A stretch of 64,000 nt of DNA from Tubulanus polymorphus (taxonomy: Eukaryota > Animalia > Nemertea): NCBI RefSeq assembly GCF_964204645.1, contig NC_134036.1, positions 2,852,001 to 2,916,000 of the forward strand, read 5' to 3'. Positions 1 to 12,054 of the stretch are shown piece after piece; positions within the stretch are counted from its first letter, which is position 1, and the number at the start of each line of letters is the position of its first letter. The notes under the pieces are model-generated. The model was not told the DNA's origin. It did no database searches and saw nothing but the letters and a program-made list of their open reading frames with translations. The position numbers and the translations under genes are program-made.

Positions 1-2116
1 TTTAACTTACGACTAGGCAAAGTTTGCAAAATTATATTTTCCTAATAAAAATAATGTCAACTAAAATGAAATTAAAGACGGATTTGTTAATCTTAGGCTT
101 TTTAGAGTGAATTCGTAGTTTTATCCCTCAGATTAATGCTTTTATGTTGAACTGTTTTTGCTATACAGTTCACGTGTTTGTTCACTAGGAACTTATGTGA
201 TAAATTCTTTGATTATAATACCTGTCATTTAGATGCGTATAATAGTTGTCATAGGAATAAAACGACATACATGTTCATCATCATGTTATAACTCTTTAAT
301 TGTTAATAGTTTAGTTTACAGCAACTTTTTCACCGTTGTTTAGTTTTCAGTGGTTCGTGATAGCGATTTAATCAAAGTCCTATCGGAAAATAGAGTAGAG
401 TTTCGTGATAAATGTGTATATACGAACATTAGTAAATTGTCCTAGTTTATAGTTTATACGTCCATTGTGGTTGGTATTTTTTGAAATACAGTCATCGTAT
501 ATTATAATTTCCTCATGGACGTAATCTGGCATTTTCTATAATTGTTGTATGAAAATAAATATGATTCACCTTTCATGAAGTTTTTAGCAACAATCAAAGG
601 TGATTCAAAAGATCTTAATAGATCCCCGAAAAGTGGATGTATTAGGATTGTGGTTATATGGGTGTGTTTAGGCCCATGTCAAAGCTAAATTCTGATCTAC
701 CATTTGAAGATGGTACGCCTACAAACTATAGTTCAACCTCGTTACAACGAACTCTTAGAAGGGCGCCAGAAAATATGCTCGTAATAATCGAAAGTTCGTG
801 ATATCCTTGAAAAACAATTGATGAAAATGAAACTTTTCCTATTTGGGACAATATTCTAGGTTTGTAATACTGGAATCCGAGGACGCCTCTGCCGAATTAC
901 GGCGATGTTTTCGCTACCGGCAACTTCGTTATTGCCAAAGATATTAGTCAGGTCTGATCAATTGAAAAGCAGTCATTGTTGATACGCTGTGTATGTCTGA
1001 ACAATAAAACGCACGGTTCCCCAAAGCGAAACAAGTCAATAAGAAAGTCCATAAGAAAGAAAATTTAATGCACTGATTTTGTTTTTTCATAATTCATTTA
1101 ATAGTTATATAATATATAGTTAATAATTACATAATCAATTGCTCTTAACATCTCAGAAAATACATGTATCCATCATACATCACTGAAACAAGTACATAGC
1201 CCCACCCGCAGAATTCATTATTATTAAACATCCAGCAAAATTTTCATTTCATTCACGCACCAAAAGAAGAAAAAACATGTCACAAAAGGGTAAAACAAGA
1301 GATCTTCATTTATTTGTAGGGCGACCGCAAAAATGCTTAGGAAACCGGTCGACACCTTTTGGCAGTATTTTATTTAACTGGTTGTCGAACTTCACTCACG
1401 CAGTGATCAAAACTTCGAAACATCGACGCAACTAGGATGTGGCCCATAAACGTGGCAGATAGTCCACTGGCAGTGTTACTGATGTACAATTTATCCTCGT
1501 CATGGGAAGGAATCAGGACTTCATTCCATCGACACCATGCGTGTGCTAACAGCATGAATACAAACAACAATATGGCAGTGGAACGGAACCTTAAAATGCA
1601 AACCCCTTGGCGATAAATGTATCTCGATTGATGTAATCTCGGCAACATAAGCCGCCATCTTACATTGAAACCACATTGATCACGATTGATTAAAACTTAA
1701 GCACATGAAACCGGACATGCAGCAGGGGACATACAAAGGAATCATTCATTTAATTTACGCACAATGTTTCATCATTACTGATAACTACGAACGCGAAAAC
1801 TTCATCTGCCGAAAGGAAAATTATCGTTAAAATATACACGTTCATTTGAAGAAGGTACGAAAATATTAAAAAAACCTTCTTCGTAAATAAAGAATCTGAG
1901 CGAAAAAATGAAGTATCGTTTCTATAATTTTCAGTATCTCATATGGGTCAGATTTGACCGCGTTTTGCGCCACAAATTAACTTCTTTTCGTAAATACTAA
2001 CAATTCTTCGTAAAGCCTGACCCTTAACGAGCCTTTATCTAAATATGGAATATAATACAAAATACTTTTTTGCTAATACAATAAATATCTAAATAAAAAT
2101 GTATTTCTGTACGAGT

Positions 2117-3901
2117 CTATGACTGTCCGCTGACGCACATGCGCAAAAAACTGAAATGTCCTTTTCGATCGCCGTTCGTCGATGACGTCATCTTTTTCGA
2201 CGATTTCGGAGACGATTTTCTCGACGGAAGACTCAATTTACGTTTCATTTTCTTCGATTGATTCGGTTCCAATACGGCCAGTATGGCCTCGTCGAAAACG
2301 TCCTTCAAACCGATCTGCGTCAAGGCCGAACACTCGACGTATTTCACGGCGCCGATTTTCTTCGCCAGGGCTTCGCCTTGTTCGGGAGTGGTCGGTTTGT
2401 GATTCGATTTCTGCAATCTGCGAATGGTTTTTTCGTCGGTGCGCAGGTCGTTTTGGGTACCGACTAGAATGAAGTTCGTATTTGGGCAGTACTGACGAAT
2501 TTCGGGCACCCAATGCTCGTGTACGTTCGCGTATGACGAAGGACTGGCAATCGAGAAACAGACGAGGACCACATCGGAGCCCGGATAGGTCAAGGCACGC
2601 AGCCGATCGAATGCCTCTTGTCCGGCCGTGTCGAACAATCCCAGACAATACAGAGTACCGTGTATGTTGATATTCACTGAAAAATGTAAAAAAAACATCA
2701 TGAAATCCCTCATTCTGAATTTAAAAAAAAATGTTTTAGAAGACATAAACAGTGCGAAATTCGGAAAGATTAGATCAGAAGATTTCTCACTAGAAGTCCC
2801 CCTTCCATAGATAGTCAGTTGTATGCAGGGCTTTTCTAACATTTCCCTTAAAATTGTGGAACAAGTTTCCAGTCAGCTTGCGTGACAGTTCATTTTATTG
2901 TGTCTGAGATAAGTTTTTTTTTTCGAATTAAAGGAGGCATTGCTGCATCATCAGTAAAGCACTCCCGGCAGAGTCACCAAATATAGCGCTATAAAAGCAT
3001 AATTTTTATCATTATAAAGTAATTTTGTTACGTTGTTCTGTTCGTGAGATCATCTGGAAAATTTTCGACAACGCCTCTTGAATATGTTGAAAGATATCTA
3101 TATGAAAATCATCGAATGTATCAAGTATTTCTAGTTAGGAAAATCCTTCTTTAACGAATTGCCAATGCTGTTAGGTTTACGTGCCTAAATAGAAAGCGCT
3201 GCGACGCTTTGCATCATTTGTTATTATACTATTTCCAGGAAAACCACAATTTAGGCTGGGGAATTTTTTGTGTGTTGTTAGTTGTGGTTTCATTCATGGA
3301 AATAACCACGACAGACAATATTTTTACAGATAACTAACACACAGAGTTCCCGTATAGAGTGGGAAGTTCCGAGAACGTCATGGTAGAAAATAACGAGATG
3401 AATTGTCAAGTATTTCTCAACAATTTCATCCATGCATTTATAACCAGAATCCCACAATAATGAGGAAAAATAAAGTTCGAAAATACAGTATTCCTGAAGA
3501 TGTCTATTAGGATATAGTTGAAACGTTGAATAAACTGCACTAGCTCAAGGAATACAGTATTCCTGAAGATGACTATTAGGATATAGTCAAAACGCAGAAT
3601 AAAATACACTAGCTCTAGTAAAACATTTCGGACTTTATTTCTTTTCATTAATGTGGGAATCACCCATAAAATTATTCGACCCAGATTATTGAACTGTTTC
3701 CAAATCCCCTCCTCGAATCGCATCTCGCTTACCGGCATAATTATCGAATACAGTCGGCACGTAGCTCGTCGGAAACCTATTCGAAGCATAACTGATCAAC
3801 ATACAAGTTTTACCAATAGCTCCGTCCCCGACTACAGTACATTTTAGAATATTTTCCGAACATGTCGGTAAGACCGTATCACAACCGCGACCATAATCCA
3901 T
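2117..3901 (-). CDS. Cdc42/RhoQ-like Rho-family small GTPase, 2 coding exons (3901-3733, 2676-2117), 242 aa
   Basis: Exon 1 encodes [38 protein letters not shown] followed by G|GTAAG. Exon 2 follows TTTTTCAG and encodes [21 protein letters not shown] and [15 protein letters not shown]. The phase-1 junction joins in frame (G|TG = Val). G1-G5 motifs are of the Cdc42 subfamily type; exact orthology is unresolved. Confidence 0.9.
3482..3616. repeat. 69-bp direct tandem duplication in the GTPase intron
   Basis: AATACAGTATTCCTGAAGATG...CACTAGCTC occurs twice back to back. Confidence 0.8.
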
Positions 3902-6433
3902 GTTGATATCTGCTGCTCTCTGTCGTCTGAGTTTCTATGACTACTGGTTTCTATGACTTCTGACTAATATTGTTGTGTGGTATCGTCAGTTACCGGAAGC
4001 TGAAGAGGTATAAAAATACAACACGATACTTAACAAAAATATATATACACTGAAATATATCCGCATTATATCAAAGTTGTTAGGAATTTTCTAGAAGCAA
4101 TAAATTGTTAAAAGTAAAACAACCCTTGCAAATTTCCTTTATTTACCAGGCTTCCGACCTTTTATAATATGCCTACAATGTTTTCAAAATGATTTAATTT
4201 CATTGCATATGAGCCTTAAATCTGTCGATATGTGAACACTTCTCCCTAAAAGCTACCGCCAGTTTCTATGGGCATTTTTAAGGTTTCGGGGCGAGGTGAC
4301 ACGATTCAAGGCATTTGATTTATCTTTTTATGTCGAATGCATTATTATAGGTCGCATCTACAGGTACGACAAACAAACCCGTCCAATCGGCAACGTATTA
4401 TTACATCAAGTCTAGTCCCGTATGTGAAATGGGCTCAACTCACTAGCGAAACCTATCTATCAGGTGTATGAGTCATGAGCGTATACGGCTAGTATAGTGG
4501 GAACGCCCTGGATTGTCGAGTAGCTCGGCTGTACACAGCCGGCCGCCGATACGATATAGCACGATTCATAATTATGAATTGACAAAGCTTTTGTCTCCCT
4601 CGTTCAAACTGGTGACAATAGTTGAAATGGAAAATGTCCCCCGATGCTGGTGAAAGAGCATCAGCATCGTCATAATATCGTGATACCTTAGCAGATGTTC
4701 TCCTTTGAGATTGGCTAAGAATGACTCAAATAATTAATATAGTTCGTTATCAGCACAAAACGACAAACGGTTTAATCATTGGTTTTTATCGTTTATTCAT
4801 GTCGAAAGAACTATTTTATGAACATTTTAAGAAGGCCCACGAAACATTTATTTAATGACTGGCAAGAGATATGAATAAATAAAGTTATATCATCACCCAT
4901 AACAAATAACCGAAATAAATGACAGAACACGTCTACACTTCGCTTTCTTGAAGTATGAAAATAACTGGGATGTGATCGCCTTTTGCCATATGGTTGTAAA
5001 GTAACAAAGGAAGTATGTGAGTGAGATAGAAACACGCTATGATAGAAACGGAAGAAAGGAAACACTGGTTTTGTTTCGGCGAAGATGCCGCTGGCATAGT
5101 TCATTTATACGAGTCTTGTAGTAAACATCGAGAGATAGCGAATGGACAAAACTACGGCTCTAGTTCTAAATAATCACATTTCATTATTCATTTTCTACTT
5201 ACTGTCCAGAGTTCTGACCAGATAATTCCTCCTTGCAAAAGGCGTCGAGTATATAGTACGAGGTGAAACACTCTTTCTATTTCTACTCCTACTAATCAGG
5301 TATTGACGGTAACACCCGGTGTTCGATCAGTCATTATTTACTATGCTAGACGCGTGGCGCTTCAAAATAGAGATGGTGACTCATATTGACGAACGATCGC
5401 AGCGAGACAACCTTCTAGCGTGCACGCGGGCCGCGCGTCCCTCTAGTGTGTGCCCAGTTAATCAGAAAAGAAGAGAATAAAACTTTTTTAAAGGTTTTTA
5501 TGTCTTTTAGTAAAATAATTGTCATGGAAGCTAGCGAAAAAGTCAGCCAACAATTATGGGATTCGAATCCACTCCAGTGACCGTATTTTGCACATTGCGA
5601 AAATAAACAAACGAAGACATCGTTTGAAGGGTTAGTTTCAGGCTGCAGATTCTACTGTTTTTGTAAATATAAGATACTCGCTTCCCTGTGCATACTATCA
5701 ATAATAAATCCTGTACTACATGTATATATACTATCAATCATAAATCGTTTAAATTTAACTATCAGAAGATCATCCACAAATGTTTTTTCTTCTCTCAAGT
5801 TTTTCGATACACGATTCGACAACAATAGAACATCGCGTGTTAAGGGCGTAAAAGTAGTTCTGGTCACCGTTTCGGGAATTACAAACATAACGCGGTCGAT
5901 GACTCCCGAGCCAATCATGAAAACTTTACTTTCAACAAATATTTACTAAAAATGCAAAATGACCCGAAGGCATCGAAAGCTTCACGAATGGAACATCTGC
6001 AAAAGTAAGTATAAATCGCGAATATCATCATTACTAAACAATATTATATACAAATTTGTATCAGTTTAAATTTTGTTACTTCCATTTAATTTTACACCGA
6101 ACTCGATAACCAGTCAAACTATTTCGGCGAAAAACTGATTTCGATTGTTCGTCCGTCCGTTCGTCAGTGTGCCGGCGGTGGTTGTTCGAAAAACGACTAA
6201 GTGATGAAATGATATTTCAACTTCACAGAAATACTCATATTCATCCATAACATTTGTTTAACGGCCATGTGTTTCACGATTTCATTTGACACTTTTTACT
6301 CCTATTGTTTTAGATCGGCCTCTTCTATGAGTTCAGCCACTAGGCTTGTCGATATCCCCTCTATCCATTGATTGCCATTATTATGTTTAAATTAATTGTT
6401 TGTGATTCATTATGCTTAGATAAATAAAGACTA

Positions 6434-6454
6434 TTATAATTATTATTATCATTA

Positions 6455-6488
<34 letters not shown>

Positions 6489-6508
6489 CATTATTATTAT
6501 TATTATTA
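6434..6508. repeat. (TTA)n microsatellite
   Basis: Imperfect ATT run; it explains the poly-Ile and poly-Leu ORFs in the track. Confidence 0.9.
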
Positions 6509-7207
6509 CCGAAAATACATGAAGAGGATGTATTTTTGTTATTACTTTATGCTTGTTTATATTCATCAATCGTGTTTTTTATGTTCAGAGCACAGATTAT
6601 TACCAGTTATGCGCTATATAAGCTATATTTCGAGATGTTTCAAGATTCTATAATGTATGGCTGTATGGCTTTGTACAACACCGATTTTTTTCTCTAAATC
6701 TTTGTATTGGTATTCGACATATTCCTATCAGTGCAGGACGTCAACTAAAGCAGGCGGGTGGGCAGGCAGGCAGTGCTATGCGCTTGAGCCAATTCTTTAG
6801 TTTGTGAAATATCAGTAATCAAATTTATTAAGACTAATGGTAACGAAAATTTTTACAAAAACAGAGTTCGAAAAAATCTTATCAAACTTAACGTAAAACG
6901 CGGAATTGGACGCTGATGCGTTCCTCGCGCCGTGGATAGAACGGCGCATCCTAGCGATAGCCGTGAAAACATCCACCGACGAACCATGAACAGTAAACAA
7001 CCCGATTATTGATTTATTATTTATTTATTTTTATCTACTCGCAGTTTTATTGAATCTAATTATAACACGACATTTGACGATTGAGTTACAAATATAAATT
7101 CAATTCGAGCTTTTCCATAGTCAGTCAGTAACATGGCTGTAGTTCATAATCGGATTTTTCCCAAACCACCACAAGTATATCCGATTATAAAGCATTATCG
7201 CCAACGA

Positions 7208-8126
7208 TTAGTAACATACACGGTCATAATAATCACAACCTAAACTACCGCAACAATCAGAAGTTACGTTACATTTCTCGTTGTCCCCTTTGCACCCTAT
7301 ATAAAAAAATGCATGATAAACTAAAATGGAATTTTGAAGTGTAACACTTTTTTTAACCGAAATTGAAGAAATAATTACACCCATCTTGGATGTTGGGATG
7401 TTGAGCGACTGATGATCCCAACATAACGTGGATCCAAGATCCAAGATAACGTTTTCATAACCTTAGTGTCTGATGTACCACACGTTAATTGTATCACACT
7501 AGGATCGTCAAGCGCCGGAGATCTCTGTGGAGACAACCACTGCCAGGACTTGGGTGAGCCTGGCTTAGGAAAGTAACACACACAGTGGTTAAATTTACCG
7601 ATCATTTTATGTCAGAATCAACTAAGATCTCCAGGGCCCGGTTCTATAGACTGGTATTACCTTTAACCCGGAGGCTAATTCAATTGATAATAAATTCAAT
7701 TAGCCCCCGGGTTAAAGGTTATACTACTACCAGTCTATAATACAGGGCCCAACAAATATCGATCTTTCAAAATTTCATAACGTCGACGGTGCTTGGGTTC
7801 ATACGTGTTTACAATAGGCTTCGGATTATCCTACCCCCCAGTTCATAATGCCTGGATCCACCGCAAGGATGATGCCATGTCAACCAATCAGATACAAAAG
7901 AATGTTATATAGGAGATACATGTGTATAAGAACAATATTATGTGCGTCAATGATTTTATGTCGGAATATAGGTTTTATCTCTGAAATGCTTAAAAATTGA
8001 TCCGTTCAATCGATAAACTAAATAGATTAATAATTGTCTCAGCCGCTACTCACCTGCAGCTAATGACACGGCACTGGCCACAATCACAACGACAGCATAT
8101 ACGCGAGTCACTAAATAAGCCATCAT
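7208..8126 (-). CDS. Secreted ICK/knottin peptide 1 (exons 8126-8054, 7296-7208), 53 aa: MMAYLVTRVYAVVVIVASAVSLAA-GCKGDNEKCNVTSDCCGSLGCDYYDRVCY
   Basis: A hydrophobic signal-peptide exon ends G|GTGAGT, the acceptor is TATAG|, and the phase-1 join is in frame. Cysteine spacing is C-x6-C-x5-CC-x4-C-x6-C. AATAAA lies on the minus strand at 7046-7051. A probable 69-nt 5'UTR intron (8136-8204) is conserved in all three paralogues. Confidence 0.85.
7634..7750. mobile_element. Palindromic MITE-like insertion in the knottin 1 intron
   Basis: Long imperfect inverted repeat GGGCCCGGTTCTATAGACTGGTA..CCTTTAACCCGGAGGCTAATT / AATTAGCCCCCGGGTTAAAGG..TACCAGTCTATAATACAGGGCCC. It is absent at the homologous site of paralogue 2 (~9627); only the right arm is present in paralogue 3 (~14069-14101). 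Confidence 0.7.
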
Positions 8127-9070
8127 TTTCAACGCCTAGATTTAAAATGATTATAATAGCAATTTACAGTCTACAATAGGCTCTCATTTCATCAGTTAAT
8201 TTACCAGGTTTAAAGAAATTGTGCTGTTTCAGAAAAAGAGCAATTGTTTGTAGATACGGTGTAAAGCAGCGATAACGAGTTTTCTGCATTGGCTGGTTTG
8301 AATATCGTACTATGAAGCGTAGAGTTTCGTCAAAATTAATCGCATCAGTTCGAAATGGTGAGAATAAAAGTAATCATTAATTCACGAATATTTGGTATAT
8401 ATAAAAAATCCTTATAGAATATACTACTATACAAGACCGCATGATTAGATTAGTGACACGTAGCGAACAATCGTTCCTCATCTCAGTTATAAGAAAATTT
8501 TGGTTATGAATTTCACGCAGATCAAATCAAAATAGTCATCGGTTGATATCTGGATCGCTTGCTATCACCATACGTACGTTTATCTTCTTGCGGTTTTGCC
8601 TTTGCGTTAAGTCCAGTTGCTGCATTGAATATAGGAACCTTTATGTAAAAAATTTCGCTCATCGATTTTAATTTCCTGATATTTAAACACACTATTTGCT
8701 TTCTATTCAGGTTCTATTCAATTTGCCGGGTGTTAACTTCAGCAGCACTTGAATGCAGAGAACGGGTGACATATGAAACTATTTCGTTCGATATATTTTT
8801 CATTGAAAATTTAATTTCCAATCATATTTTCGTTAACTATAAACAACGTATTCATCCATGCAAAATTAAACCCGAAAACTGTGGGGACTTGATCCAAGAG
8901 ACAAAATAAACTCACATAACTTTTCATATTCGATATTCTCGGGCGACTTTGTGCAATATGGAAATAATCTATACTACTAAGCTATTATTTCTTTCTCAGT
9001 AATTTGATCGATTTTTCTGCGCGAAGTTGAGAGTCCAATTCGAGACATTTTTCCGGCAGCATGTCAGAAG

Positions 9071-9122
9071 ATGCCACTGAACGAAACAGTCGTCGCAGAT
9101 GCCCTACTGGTCGATCATCGCA
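9071..9122 (+). pseudogene. 5'-terminal GPCR fragment truncated at a duplication breakpoint
   Basis: Encodes MPLNETVVADALLVDHR, near-identical to the fragments at 11087 and 16917, then switches abruptly to the 3' flank of knottin 2. Confidence 0.6.
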
Positions 9123-9327
9123 TTAAACATTAAACAACCCGATCATTGAATTATTTACTCGCAGTTTTATTGAATCTAATTATAACACGAAATTTGACGA
9201 CTGAGTTACAAATATAAATTCAATTCAAGCTTTTCCATAGTCAGTCAGTAACATGGCTGAAGTTCATAATCGGATTTTTCCCGAACCACCACAAGTATAT
9301 CCGATTATAAAGCATTATCGCCAACGA

Positions 9328-10033
9328 TTAGCAACATAATCCACTATTACACTGTGTGATGCAGCAGTCAGAATCTACGGAACATTTCCTGTATTTCTCT
9401 TTGCAGCCTATACCAAAAAAGCGTAATAAACTAAAATGAAAATTTGAAGTGAAACACTTTTTTTTAACATAAATTGAAGAAACAATTAATCCCATCTCCC
9501 CAGATGTTGGGCGACGTGGTGATCCTGGCGTCACGTGGATCCAAAATAACGTTTTCACAACCTGGCTTAGGCATACAGTGGTAAAATGTTACCGGTCATA
9601 TTGTTGCAGAATCAACCTAGGTGTCCAACAGAAAATTATTGATTTTTCAAAATGTTATAACGACGACGGTGGTCGGGTTCGTATGTGTTTACAATAGGCT
9701 TCGGATTATCCTAAACCCCCCCTCCCCCCAATTCATAGTGCCTGGATTCACCGCACAGATGATGCCATGTCAACCAATCAGACACAAACGAATGTTCTAC
9801 AGGAAATACATGTGTGTAAGAACAATATTTTGCGCGTCAATGATTTTTGTCAGAATATAGGTTTTATCTCTGAAATGCTTAAAAATTGATCCGTTCAATC
9901 GACAATCTATATAGATTAATCATTGTCTTAGTCGTTACTCACCTGGAGCAAATGATACGGCACTGACCACATCAACACTGATCACAGCAAGAGCGTATAC
10001 ACTTAATAAGCGAGTCACTAAATAAACCATCAT
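9328..10033 (-). CDS. Secreted ICK/knottin peptide 2 (exons 10033-9943, 9407-9328), 56 aa: MMVYLVTRLLSVYALAVISVDVVSAVSFAP-GCKEKYRKCSVDSDCCITQCNSGLCC
   Basis: Same exon layout and splice sites as copy 1 (G|GTGAGT, TATAG|) with an in-frame join. Spacing is C-x6-C-x5-CC-x3-C-x4-C plus a seventh, terminal Cys. AATAAA lies on the minus strand at 9166-9171. Confidence 0.8.
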
Positions 10034-11086
10034 TTTCAACGCCTAGACTTAAAATGAATATAATAGCAATTTACAGTCTACAATAGGCTCTCATTTCATC
10101 AGTTAATTTACCAGGTTTGAAGTAATAGTGCTGTTTCAGAAAAAAGCAATTGCTTGTAGATACGGTGTAAAGCAGCGATAACGGGTTTTCTGCATTGCTG
10201 GCTTGGAAATCGTACTACGAAGCGTAGAGTTTCGTCAAAATTAATCGCATCAATTCGAAACGGCGAGAATAAAAGTAATCAATTCACAAATATTTGGTAT
10301 ATATCAAAATCCTTATAGAATATACAACTATACAAGACAGTATGATTAGATTAGTGACACGTAGCGAACAATCGTTCCTCATCTCAGTTATAAGAAAATT
10401 TTCGTTATGAATTTTATGCAGATCAAATCATAATAGCCGTCGGTTGATATCTTGAAATACTTTGAATTGATACTATATTATATTAGACGGTATGACCAGT
10501 CATTGAGAATTCGTTAACCGCTTGCTATCTCTATGTTATCTACTTACGGTTTTTTGATATCTCCATGTTATCTACTTACGATTTCGTCTTTTTGATGATA
10601 CATTCAATCAGGGAAGTGATTCAGCATTCACACTTCTCTGAACATAGGAACCTTAATGTAGAAAGTTCGCTCATCACTTTTACACTCCTGATATTTAACA
10701 CTATTTGCTTTCTATTCAGGTTCTATTCACTTTGCCGGGATCTAATTTCAGCAATTGAATCCAGAGAGGGAACGGGTGAAATATGAAACTATTTCGTCTG
10801 ATATATATTTTTAATGAAAATCTAATATCCGATAACATTTTAGTTAACTATATATAAAGAACGTATTCATGCATGCAAAATTAAACCCGAAAACTGTGGG
10901 GACTTGATCCAAGAGACAAAATAAACTCACATAACTTTTCATATTCGATATTCTCGGGCGACTTTGTGCAATATGGAAATAATCTATATACTACTAAGCT
11001 GTTATTTCTTTCTCAGTTATTTGATCGATTTTCTGCGCGAAGTTGAGAGTCCAATTCGGAACATTTTTCCGGCAGCATGTCAGAAG

Positions 11087-11173
11087 ATGCCACTAAACGA
11101 AACAGTCATCGCAGATGCCCTACTGGTCGACCATCGCAAACAGTGGCTGAGATTGCCTTACCGCTGGGACTAA
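11087..11173 (+). pseudogene. 5'-terminal GPCR fragment
   Basis: MPLNETVIADALLVDHRKQWLRLPYRWD* aligns with the intact receptor N-terminus (..VDMCKSWLGRPYRWD); similarity stops at the TAA. Confidence 0.7.
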
Positions 11174-12054
11174 GTCCATCTTTGACGCCTGAGTTTTGAG
11201 TAGTTGTGAAATCATTTTGCAAAAATATCATACCTTTGAAATAAGATACTCATGAATTGAACGTCCGGTGATTGCCCGCTCTCAATTTTCCGTACGAAAA
11301 TTGTCCTCGCTACACCATCAGGTCTATCATTGCTCAGGTACGTTTTCATCGATTTCACGAGTGCGATGAAGAAGAAATGCTGTTGGCGACAATGAAGCAT
11401 ATCGAGTTTTGGAGATGAAAAATTTCTTGTGTAGATGAGAGGTGAAACCAGTGCCAGAACGAGAAGAAATTTCACATGCTCCTTGTAGATTTTTCATATT
11501 TTTTTGTGCGTAGTTTTTTTCAAGATGGCGGAAAAAATAATCAACAGAGAGTGGTGCCTTCAATCTGAGCGGAATTTCGGGAATAATTCAGAATAGTGGA
11601 AACAAAATTAACTGGGCCACAATTTACAACTAAAAGTTACTAAGCATTGATAGCCGATGTTGTATATAATTGGAAGTACTCGATTAGAAATTTGCGAGGA
11701 TAGCCACTGAAAAGGAGATGAATACGTCTCTTGTGTAGAGGTTAATACATAATGCGTAGAAGTAAAGAAAAGTAAATATATCCTCCAGAAAATGATTATT
11801 CCATCGGGCCACAATTTGCTATTTGAGATTGTATAAAAGTCGTTTTTTTCCAAGTGATTATTATCGAAATGAATGGAGTCGATGATGATGTTGTAACAAC
11901 AGTCGGATACCATTACTAGAATAATTACCATCGGGGCAAATTTTCCCGTATCATTGTGTACGTTCACTATCTTTTTCCTACTTTCAGAATCGATAGAAAG
12001 TATGTGGAGTTAAGCGGTTATTTCTAAGTGGACTATTATTGGCGATATACGAAG

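Noticed and set aside
725-810. Possible pogo/Tigger-like MITE end (TAGTTCAACCTCGTTACAACGAAC)
   Set aside because: No matching opposite terminal repeat or target duplication was identified.
1370-1648. 92-aa ORF with a hydrophobic, signal-like stretch
   Set aside because: Non-ATG start, no recognisable family and no supported splice structure.
2677-2842. N-terminal part of the 241-aa track ORF
   Set aside because: It is intronic read-through upstream of the AG acceptor at 2677-2678; the real N-terminus is in the exon at 3733-3901.
5543-5918. Overlapping minus-strand ORFs, possible pseudogene
   Set aside because: No recognisable motif and no clear exon boundaries.
11212-11967. Minus-strand ORFs between the GPCR fragment and the intact GPCR (MKFLLVLALV.., MNVHND..)
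   Set aside because: GTG/TTG starts and no recognisable domain. They may be a decayed insertion but cannot be assigned from sequence alone.
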